This document shows, in pieces, positions 36,730 to 47,568 of a DNA stretch of 64,000 nt. Made by a program: the position numbers and the translations under genes. Position 1 is the first letter of the stretch. Each line of letters opens with the position of its first letter. The notes beneath the pieces are model-generated. The model was not told where the DNA came from, made no database searches, and was given only the letters and a program-made list of their open reading frames with translations. Source of the stretch: Zygnema circumcarinatum SAG 698-1b (Eukaryota > Plantae > Zygnematophyceae); NCBI GenBank assembly GCA_037447605.1, contig CM074809.1, forward strand, positions 1,044,689 to 1,108,688. The letters are read 5' to 3'.

Positions 36730-38735
36730 ATGGCAAACTCACTTGCTGTGCTGGCAAGTTCCCTCTCGCTCTCCCTCTTCGTCCTTCCCTCACTGTCAGA
36801 ATGCAGCTCTGCCGAGCGGCGAAATGCTGTGTCTCACTCAAGTCCTGACGCGAAGCTCTCTCCCTCTCTGTGACATGCAGGTGGCCACCGCTCTCGTCGC
36901 CATGGTCGTTCTCCAGACCGTCCCCTCAGGTGGGCCACTCTCCCTCTCTCCCACTCTCCCACTCCCCCTCTCTCTCTCTCCCTCTCTTCTCTCTTCCACT
37001 CTCCCTCGAATGCTGCTGACGTTATTGAACCCGGTGCCTTGCGCAGTGAGCGCGGCGGCCCCCGCCCCGGTCCCGGCCCCGACCGCGAAGTGTCTGTTCA
37101 AGAACTGGAAGCTCGGCATCGTGCAGCGCTACGTGGTGGTGTACAAGGGCACGAAGTGCACCTGGACGTGGGCCGACGACCAGTACCATTGCCTCAACTT
37201 CTTCGCGGGACCCGCGCGCTTCACGGGACCCTCCATCATCGGGAAGGGCTCCACGTGGAGCTACACCTTCACGAAGCCCGGGGACTACAAGTACAACTGC
37301 TGCATCCACGCCGCGCAGATGCGGGGACGCATCACCGTGCTTAACAAAGGTGGGTTCGCTCGCCTGCACACCTGCTGAGGGAGGGAGGGAGAGAGGGAGG
37401 GAGGATGGAGGGTGAGAAGGGGGGAGGGGATGAGGGGGAAGGGAAAGGGAGCCAGGGAGGGGTAGGGACAGGGGTAGAAGTTCGGGCAAGACGGCGAATG
37501 TTGGGGGTCGTGGGGGTTGGGGAGGAGAGGGACGTCTGGGCGAAGTGGAGGTACCTCAGCAGGAAGATGGACAACGAATTTAGGGAGTAGGGGATGTGGG
37601 CAGTGAGAAATGGGTGTGGGAGAAGTAGAGAAAGGAAGTATAGGGACAAGAGTGAGGACAGGTAAAGGGAGGGAGATAGGTAGAGTAGGACAGGTTTTAA
37701 ACAATAAACGAGCGATCGACAGCATCCTTAAGTGAAAGGTGGTAGGTGGTGAGGCTAAGAAGTGTGGAAGGGGAGTAGGAGTGTGGCAGTGAGGGAAAGT
37801 GTGATGAAATGAGATAAAGGATTGGAGGAATGATTGAGCGCTTGAAAGGACGGAACTAATAGGTAGAAGTGAATGGTTAGAGGAAGTGCGGAATGTGAAC
37901 ATGGAGCGGAGTGGTTCTCGGAATAATTTAAAAGATTAAGTGGTAAATGGAAGAGAGGAATTGGAGGTGAGGATGAGGAGAGGGAAATAAGGTGGAAATC
38001 TGGTAGTGGACACACGAGTGGAATATTGAAACTTGAGAGTGACAGCTTGAGAGGGTCGTGTGGGCCGCAAGAGGGAAGTGGATGCAAGTGTATCGATATT
38101 GAAAGCATAGACTCAAAGTGAAGAAGCTATTCAGTTATGGTCTTGGAAGGAGAGAGAAGAGAGGGAGCAGTGAAACATAATGAAGAGGCAGGAAATGGAG
38201 CGATTGTTGAAAACGTAAAGGAGCTATGTCGGCTGTAAACAGAGACTATGGGGATGGGGGAAAGTCTAGTGAAGTGGAAATAGTGATATTCCTTTCATCA
38301 TACGCTTTCCTTTCCCTTCTTCTCTACCCCTCCGTCGCAATTCTCCTGCTCACCCTGCTCTCCGTCCTCGTCCGTTTCCACCTCTCCTCCCTCGCCCCCT
38401 CCCTCTCCCTCTACCTGGTCGTCTCCCTCTTCCTCTCCCTCTTCCTCTCCCGCTCCCTCTTCCCCTCCCTCGTCCCCTTCCCTTTCCCCTCCCTCTTCCC
38501 CTCCCTCTCCTCTCATCGTGACACCTTGGCCTTGTCCCTCCCTCCCTCCCTCCCTGCAGTGTGCCCAGTTAACTGCGGCAAGCGATGCTGGGGCGGCAAC
38601 GGCTGCAACGGGCTGTGCCCGTACCCGAAGGTCCGCAACTTCTCGACCTGCACCACGTGCTGCAACGCGGGACGCGCCCCCGGGGACAAGACCGTGGCGG
38701 CGTGCCTCAAGGCCTGCCAGAAGAAGAAGAAGTAG
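36730..38735 (+). CDS. Secreted type-1 copper (cupredoxin) protein with C-terminal 10-Cys module, 183 aa
   Basis: Exons 36730-36753, 36881-36929, 37047-37349 and 38560-38735 sum to 552 nt, in frame. Signal peptide MANSLAVLVATALVAMVVLQTVPSVSA. Ligand set YHC...YKYNCCIHAAQMRG. Tail CPVNCGKRCWGGNGCNGLC...CTTCC...CLKAC. Confidence 0.85.
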
Positions 38736-39101
38736 AGGGCCACTTTAGGGGCCGGGCCGAGCCGGGGTTCTCGGTAGAGGGTATTATGGGTTAGGAGGGG
38801 CGGGAGGGTGGGGAGACGGACGAATAAAAGAGGACGAGACGGGTCCGAGGAGGAGGAGAAGGAGAAGAAGATCGTCGAAAGTGAGGTTGAGCTTTTTTGG
38901 GGTAAATTTTTTAAGTCAGGGTAGTAACATTTATTTTCTAAGTGAGGAATTTTGGGCCGTTTCTTTTTCCTTTGCGCGGTTTAATTTGATGGATCCTGGG
39001 TGGGTCTTGCAAGCAGATTTCAGAGTCGCTAGGTAGCGAAACTCGCTGCCACCGCCATCTGGAAAGAGAAGTGTGCTCAAACTAGTATACGGAAAAGTAA
39101 A

Positions 39102-39152
39102 AAAGTGCTAAAACTAGTCTTTTGTTCGACAAAGGAGTAGTTTTAGCACTTT
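39102..39152. repeat. Hairpin with perfect 15-bp arms
   Basis: AAAGTGCTAAAACTA (39102-39116) and TAGTTTTAGCACTTT (39138-39152). The spacer pairs further (TTTGT-TCG-ACAAA). Confidence 0.85.
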
Positions 39153-39393
39153 AGAACTTTAGTAGTGCCGAGGCTACGAGAAAATCATGCCATTCTCTAG
39201 TGGCAGTTTTTTCGCAAAGTTTGAAACTCTGCTCAACTGATATTCCTATGAAAAGGAAATTTTGGTTCTGTCCACATGAGCAAACCGAGTTGAAGCTGGC
39301 TGAGATCCTGGAATCAGTCCAGAAAACATATTACCATGTGCAGAACAGTGAACCAGCTTTCAGCCACTTGACACGCACCAAACCCATTCAATA

Positions 39394-39550
39394 GGGGGTG
39401 TCAGACTTAACAAAATCTTACGAAAAGCGTTACGAAAAAAAAGGTTACGAAAGTACTCCGCCGCAGAAGGATCGGGATTATACTGGAGTACTCGTTCTGA
39501 TGTCAAACTTACGAACACGTGTACTGAAATTTTTTAAGTCTGACACCCCC
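39394..39550. mobile_element. MITE (non-autonomous DNA transposon), 157 bp
   Basis: Perfect 17-bp terminal inverted repeats GGGGGTGTCAGACTTAA...TTAAGTCTGACACCCCC flanked by TA on both sides (alternatively AAT if the TIR is extended by 1 nt). No ORF. Confidence 0.8.
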
Positions 39551-40027
39551 TAATATCTCTTCGCCAAATTTCCGTCAGATTGGAATGATGTTCGCAAAGC
39601 GGCGGGTGTTACAATATGCTCCAGACTGAAGGTTTCTGACGAAAGATGATTGTGTAGCATACGGATATACCCCATTTGCCGGAACGCTCTATCCACTTCC
39701 AGTATACAACCCCTGTCGAGCGCTAATGCGCAGCGAGGTGAAAATCTTCAATTTTGAAAATCCGGCGCCGATCATGAATCGACAGCCTACTTTTGTCAGC
39801 ACACTTCAAAAGTTGAAAATGTTCAATACGTGAAAGCACATCTGACCAACTCCAAAATTTCAACCAACAATTCTATAAAAAGCTCGTGTAAAGCTCATGT
39901 AACGCTTTCTTCAAATAGCCATTTGGCCTACACATATATACAAAACTGTGTGAAATCCTTCAACTTAGCAGGTTGCCTCTTCCACTACTGTACGCCTTTT
40001 CCTACAGTCACCATTAGCATTAGGCTC

Positions 40028-43000
40028 TCATCGAACCCTGAGGACCACGTCGGGCACCTCCGCGTCTTCCCCATCTGCGTCCGTACAAGTAACGGAGAAT
40101 GTGATGGAACCATCCAAACCGCTGAGGGGAGTTTTCCCCACAACGGAGACCAGTTCAGTGATGGGCATGGGCATCCGCTCTTGAATTTTCTTCTTGTTTA
40201 GAAATTCTGCATAAAGAAGGCTCTTCCCGTGCGATATCATGCTTATCTGCAACTCCCCAACCGAAAATTTCTCACTAAGTTCATGAACTGCACAAAAGGG
40301 TCCACTGTTTGACATTTTCACAAACGAGAAGAACGTGCTTTCATGGGAGCCCTTCTCTAAGAACTACGCGTGCAGCTAAACCGTACACGTCTGAGAGATG
40401 CAGTCGGTGCAACGAACATGGTCTGTTCCATGTCATAAATCGGAAAAAATGTACAGAACATGCACCAGGGTTGTCCTCAACAAAGTTTTACATGAGATGC
40501 ATTGGAGGTGGCCCACCTCCAACCCGTGCAGCTGCTTGAACGCGGACAAGAAGCTCTCCAAAGTGAGTCCCCTCCCATCCATCTCAAAGCGGTCCCACAA
40601 TGTCCACACTAATGGCTTTCCTGTCGTTGTCGCCACCTGCTTCCCATATGCACACACAGCTCTTCCGACTTTTGTAGGCAGTCCCCAATGCCGCTCAGCG
40701 TCCAACAACCAGTTGAAATAAACGAGCAAATAAATAAGCCCAAATTTCACCTCTCTCTAGTGCCCAACAACCCCGTGGTGAATAGGACTTAGCCTTTTGA
40801 CAAGCTCGAAATCACATTGTAGCCAAGGAATACTCCAGGACAACCATAACTTAAATGACGCAGTCTCCAAAACGGGCAAGTAATGAGTCTCTTTTGAGGA
40901 GGGTTATGTGACCTACCGTTGTGGCGATAGCTTTCCGTGGCTGTGCCTGCACGATGAGGGGCACCGCAAGGTTAAAGAAGGAATGCCGAAAGTCTTCCAG
41001 CACCTTCTTCAGAGCCAACTTGTACACCTCCAAACACATGAACCCTCCCACCACAGCTGCTGTGGTAGCCATGGCAGGAACTATGTTCGCTCCTGCTAAG
41101 CGTGCCTGTCAGCCATGGCCACCCCCTTTGCATCCCTTAGAAGGAGGGAAGGGAGTAGGGCAAAAGTGCAGTAGTGGCTTGCTCAATGCAGTAAGAACAT
41201 GACTAAAAGAAAACTAAAATAACTGGTCCTCAGTGAGCGCCCTCGATCTCAAGCTTTGCGTGATCGCAATTCACACGGACCACTCTGCAAATGGGACGAG
41301 TGATTCCCTTTCTTTGAGAAAAAGCAAGTCGAGCTTTAGAATAGTTCATAGTGAGAAAGGTGCAAAGCAGGTCTGGGCACAAGTTCAATGCGCAGAAACG
41401 AGAAGGGCATGGGGATATTCGAAATATACTCTTTCCCATCATACAAGCTCGATACAAGGAAACGTTTTGTAGCACAAACGAAATGCTCACAAAGAATAAA
41501 ACAATTGAGTGATGTAAACTATCTACCGGCCCTTATCCTCTCCACTTACGCAGATATTTCCGCCATTGCTCTCTTACTGATTCCAAAAGACCTGTGCTCC
41601 TCTCTTAGAGCGCATCTCAGCCGTACCTGCAACCGATCGCTGCCCGGAATGCCATAGTTTTGAGCTCTCAAATTTGCCGCGGCAGCGACAAACTCCGCCG
41701 CAAAACTGACTTCATCATCGGGATCGAACTGCAGAGGAGTAAGGCGGTAGCCCTGCCAGCTTAGCCAACCCCAAATCGCCACGTCAGACAAAACCCTGTA
41801 CACGAACAAGGCATGCTAGTTTGTCCTTTTCTGCGAGTATTTTGCGAGGATGGGGGAGTCGCGGGGGGGTGTCATCGCTAAACTCCACAAATTATAGGTT
41901 GCAGGAAGGAACAAATCCTTTTGAATGTCAGCTGCACTCCCATTCCAAAGGAGCCTTCGGACTGGAAAACAGAGCGGTTTGAGGTGGACAGACAGATGAT
42001 AATACAGCACAAATCTCACAATGCTGCTGCTTTACTGAAGAAAGCGAGGACACTAAATATATCGCTAGAAGAGCCAAGGGAAAGGTTTGCAAACCCATAA
42101 AGGAGGAAAAAAGCTATTTGAATACGTACTGCCAGCGACGCAGGAGAAGGCAGCTCCTTAGCCAGCCGCTCGCATTCGCTTGCTTCTGCAGCATCTTCTC
42201 CTGTCATGTTCAGCCCATGCTGATTTCTCAATTCACTGTCATTCACTGCGATTTTCACCCCCTCCTGGACCACGTCTCCCCCGAGCGAGAAACCACATCA
42301 GAACATAATCGATTTTTGATGCATAAAGATTATTGACATAAACCAGGGTTGATATCTTCATACACCCTAACAAAATGCACAGGTCAGAGGAGCCAGCCTT
42401 CTCCAAAAAAAAAATGACAAAAGAGTCTCTGCAAATTCCTTCCTTTAGACCTCCTCACCTTCGGCTCAAAGGGGGGCAGCACCATATCTTTCAAAGGAGC
42501 AAGAAATGCGGCCCGATCGTGGCAGGCCTTCAGTCCATAGACCTGCGCTTGGAGGTTCGCAGCGGCCATAATGAAGTCCAGATGCATTGAATCTTGAGGA
42601 TTGAATATGAGGGGCTTAGGCGCCCTCTTTGTGCCGCTCCAAAATGGAATGCCGGCTGTTGTGGTCATGTTGTGTGGAAAATTATGAAGAAGCTGCATGG
42701 AAAAGTTCACACAACTGTGGGGATAAAGAAATAGACATACTGAATTAAAGGAGGGATAATTTAGAGAGCAGATGGGATAAGCGAGAACAGGCAGATATAC
42801 TATTCATTATAACTCGACAAGAATTGGTAGAACTTCAAGATTTGTATTCACCTGCTTTATAGTATTCACAAAAAGGTCCTCAAACTGAAGCCTTGCCCAC
42901 TCTACACACGCCTCAAAGCTGCGCCCAACAGACCAAACTGGATTGAAAGATTAAAAAAAAAAAAAAGCAGAGAGGGAAAGCTAAGGGGAAAGAAGGTCGT

Positions 43001-46000
43001 CAAACGATAATCCCTATCTGTAAAGGAATGTGAGGACATTTATGAACAGATAAATGCATACGAAAAAAATCGCATAGCGCATACAAGTTGATGACTAAGA
43101 AGTGGCCATATAGTCAACCTGAGAGGCCGTCTCTTCACCAGAGCATCATACAGCACTTGCAAAACTGGCAGCTGCGAGCTTGGAGGCTGCTTCAGCTGTT
43201 GATCCGCAAAATTTTTGCGCCCCAAATACGCATTCACGCCTTCCGGTCTCTCCGTGAAGAGCGTTGAAAATGCGTCGACAGCCCACTGAATTGTGTGCTC
43301 AGGTGCATAGGGGAAGTTTTTTAGGGTACAAATAGGGACACCCTTATGCTCCGGAGGGTCTCTGCTGGAAGCATACATTTCCGACTGGTGGGGCACAAAC
43401 ACCTGAAATGGAGCCCAAAAGGAGAGCAGTTGCCAATCCTTAGTCTGCCGCATAAAGGAGAGGAGACGCAAGCTCGCAGAAGGAGGATTCTGAAGTTTAG
43501 CCCATTTGAAGTGGAGGAGAGATTCACACCTGAACGCTCCCCTTTGTGCCATACTTGCCCCCGTCCACCATGGGCTTGCGGAAATATACACAGCGGGCAT
43601 CTATGTACAAGCGAGAAGTGGCACTATCGACTGCACTCATGACCCCTGCTCCAAGTCATGCAACAGCAGACACCCTGTAAGTGGCGAAGACAGTCGAAAT
43701 CACTGACCATAGCGTGACCCAAATCTCGTAAACTAAACTTAAATTAAGCACAACCTCTTTAGGTTTTTACTACTTGCTTGTACAGCCGAACCAAGGCGAC
43801 AAATTTCTCCTGCCCCATCTATCCAAAACCCAGCTGAACCCTCATCCTCACCTGATAACGACTCGAAAAGCGCGGACCCCAAAAGAGCCTCTGACTCCCT
43901 CTCTAAACGTGCCTCAATAGCCCTTATGTCCACCTCGGGATTGATACTCCGCAAAGCTCGAGCAGCTGCAGGAGCCTTTGCACGCTGTAAATCCCCCGAA
44001 TTGTAGAGCCCCTGAGAGGGAAGGTTGCCCTTCTGCACAGAGTCGGGGTCGATGATGGAGAGGCGGCCATGGGGGCCCGCACCCACACCCATAAGGGCGA
44101 GGTTTTTCAGCACTTCGCAGCCAATAGCACCTGCTCCTGCAACCAACCACTGGGTACTCGCCCACCCATTGAAGGGAATAAACAAGCAGTCGGTTCGCAA
44201 TGGTGAAAGGAGTGCTATGGGGGTGACTGTGCGGTTGGAAACGAAGGCATTTCGGAGGGGGTTCTTCAGAGGCAGCATGCAAGTAGTTGCTCAACATATA
44301 TGAAAATTAACGCCTAGATGAAGGGAGGCAGAAATGCAATCTGCAATCCGGTTGACCTTCAGTAAGCGACACTGGCTACGGATAAGTGGTGTGGTACATC
44401 GCCAAGCCGATTACAGTACAGAAGCCCCTAGCTGAAGCAGTTTGGCGTAACGGCCCACGAACTTTCTCATTTATTGCATCAAACAGAGAATTGGATACAG
44501 CTAGCATAAACTGGGCCTCACCTGTTGGTTTTCGAGGATCTCCTGAAAGCTTCCGCCATACAATGCCACTTGTCCACTATAACGAGAGTCGTGATTCTCA
44601 AGTTCTGCGGGGGACAGCTCCTCTTCAGGCAGACACTCTGTTGCTTCAAAATACAGCCATTGCTGTAATGGCATGAAGACTCGCGTGCAAGCCTGCGGCA
44701 CATTGCTGCAAGGAGAGGTTCAGCAAACTTCTTTTCAGACCAGTGATGATCCAGCGGCATGCACAAAAGTAGTCTTGCTAGTCATGCATTGTCTGCAAGA
44801 CGGTATCCGCAATGCTTTCAGACTAATAACTGTGGCTGGGACAATAGCTAGACACAAAAGTTTGCAGTCACACGCTGTAGCACCACTTTAGCATACTAAT
44901 GCTCTTACTTGATATTGCAACGCTCCACCGATACAATCATATGAAGCTACAACGATAGCATCAAATTCCCATCAACGAATGAACTAAACAACAGCATTGG
45001 GGAAGCTACAACAATTCGCCTAGAGTACAATGGTGGCTCTTAAATCTAGCGGGCTTTAATACAGTATGGACTTGGGTAGTTTATGAGTGCCATGGATCCG
45101 TGGCTGGCCTTTATGGCGACTCTGGAGCACAGTTCCCGGGAAAGCTTCTGCCTTCGCAAACATGTCGATTCACATGGTCTAGCGATTAAATCAATACTAC
45201 GCCCTGTGAGCAAAGTTGGATGACCGCCCTACAATTTATCTTCAAAGAAGCATCTACGTCAAGACATTTGGCCTGACTCTTAAATGAATATACAGACGGA
45301 ACAAAAAAACACTGACCTTGAAGACCTCCTGGGCTGCAATGCCGCCTGCTAGAGAAACAATGGGGCTTAACTCCAGTCCCCTTCCCTGAAGAACAGCTTT
45401 CAAAAGTGCTTCATCTAGCTCTGTTGTAAGGCGAGTCTGCAAATTTATATCTGAGTCTGCAACAACTGGAAGAGCCCTCCCCTGAACCCCTTCTGCATCG
45501 TCGGTTCTCACAGTCCCCTCTGGCAAACCAGCACCAGTGTGCCCATTAACTCTCAGCTCATCCCGCCCGTCAAGCGCTACAGGATGCACAGCAGGTGTGG
45601 TGGGCATAGTCTGTAAATATTCCCGAGCTAAATTTCTAATTTCCCCTTGCGCAGGAACAGAAAACTTCTCGGACTTGACTGCAGATTGATGTTCGAAGGT
45701 ATCTAGAGCTCTGAAAATTGCATGAAGCTGCTGAGATGCTCCAGGCCTTCCAGAGTCTACATCAGCAAATTGGGGTACTAGTAGAGAGTCCTCTAGAGAG
45801 AGGAAAGGTACAGTTTTCGGTCGGGGGCTGAACCGGATATAACCTCCAGATTTATATGGTTTATACCCTCTACTATCGTCCGGAATGGTGAAGGAGGACG
45901 GGCCTGTAACTGTCACAACGCGAGCCCTACCATCCTTGAGCTCTTGCATGCCCTCTATGGCTGTAAATATGACGAAGTCCCCTGTTTCCAGGTTATGCCG

Positions 46001-46744
46001 CTGATCTTCAGCAATGGTGACTGTTGCAGGAAAGTCCAGTGTGATGCTTTCCACTGGCAATAGACCACCACCACCTCCTCTCCTACCTCCTCCGCCCCCC
46101 CACGGCTCGCCTGTAGCATCATAAACCTCAAAATTCTCCCCAAAATCTGAGAAGACGTAACAACACAGCCCGCATGTCCGTGCAATAATAAACTTCGCCC
46201 CTCTTTCTCGGCAGTAACAATTTAATTCACAAAGACTTGAAAGTGAATTGTTGCAAGCGGCCACAACAGCAGTTGCACTCCGAAGCAACGCCTCATCTTC
46301 CATAACTACATCTTTCTCCCCCACATCACCGGAACTTGATGTGCGGGTTTCCGGTGTTAAAGTTAGGTTTAGAGTTTCCCTGCAAACAGCCTGCACCACG
46401 GATGTACAACCCAGCTGGCGCAGTCGATCAGCAGCAGCGACCGCGCGATGCCTCCCAATATCCTCCGCTCTAAAAAGGCCTCCAGCTCCTAAATCAGAGA
46501 GTTTCACAAGAGCATCATCTACGAGGGTGAGTGTTCCGACTCCACTGAGGGCGAGTATAGTTGAAATCTGAGTCCCCAGGGCGCCTGAACCCCAAACCAC
46601 TACATGGCTGCTGGATATGGCGGTCATCGCCTCCCTCCCCACAGTAAGAATTTGACGGGAGAACCGCATCTCGTCCATGTTGTCTGCGGAACTCTTTCCC
46701 TGCACTGCCGTCTCCTCCTGTGCCTTCCTTCTTTTGGAGCCCAA
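40028..46744 (-). CDS. Ubiquitin-activating enzyme E1 (UBA1/UBA6 family), divergent paralog
   Basis: About 12 exons: first adenylation domain FSRQ...GSGALG, second GAGAIGCEVLKN, catalytic PICTLKNFP (Cys codon 43328-43330), FWSGTKRAP, C-terminal ubiquitin-fold domain WTLWDRF...EVPDV. Confidence 0.93.
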
Positions 46745-47568
46745 GGAGGGGGAGGAAGCGAAGCTTTCCTCTGCTCAGCCCTAACCCTAAAAGACACTTC
46801 GTACTCGCCAGCAGAGGGCTGTCAAAACCCTAAAAGTGCGGGGGAGGACGAGGAAGGTCGCTGGCGAGGCGACACGTGGCAGAGGGACCTTGAGGGGGTC
46901 TACGACTGTTCACCACCGGATAGGCCGTACGGTACGGACTACAAGTTGCATCGTATGGCCTTGCATGGGACATGGTCCACTCGGACTGATGAACTGATTG
47001 ATGCCAGGTTAACCATGTCCCATGAGACCATGTCCCATGAGACCACATTGTATCGTGCCATGGCTCGCCACCAAGAGGCTATGGTAAATAAGTGCAGCAC
47101 ACATCCAATAAATTCACAGAGCCAACACTCATACTCATACGTTCGTACAATTCGTTGGCTCAGAATTCAGAGGGTAGCTTTTTTCACTCGTCTTTGGGTC
47201 CTTCGTGACCGGTTCTTCGTGGTTCTTCGTGGTTCTTTGTGTTGACCTTTGTCCATGTACGTCTGATGGCATTGCCATCGTTAGATCAAAGACAATTCAT
47301 TTCGAAAGTTGAGGATATTCGATCACAGGTTCCCGCTCATTCAACGACTCCATTGGACCAATTCTGACTCAACATTATCTGGTGTTCGTTACAGCATCTC
47401 TCACATTAACTGATAATAAGATCATGGTTCGGCCTCGAGTCCTACAAGTTGTCCTAGCCTTTAAGTAAAAAATGGAGAAAGCCGGCTGCTTTTTCTGCAA
47501 GCAAGAACTAAATCCTAGCTCTTGTTGGACGAGGATCTGACCACGTTAACCAAACCAAAACCACCCTG

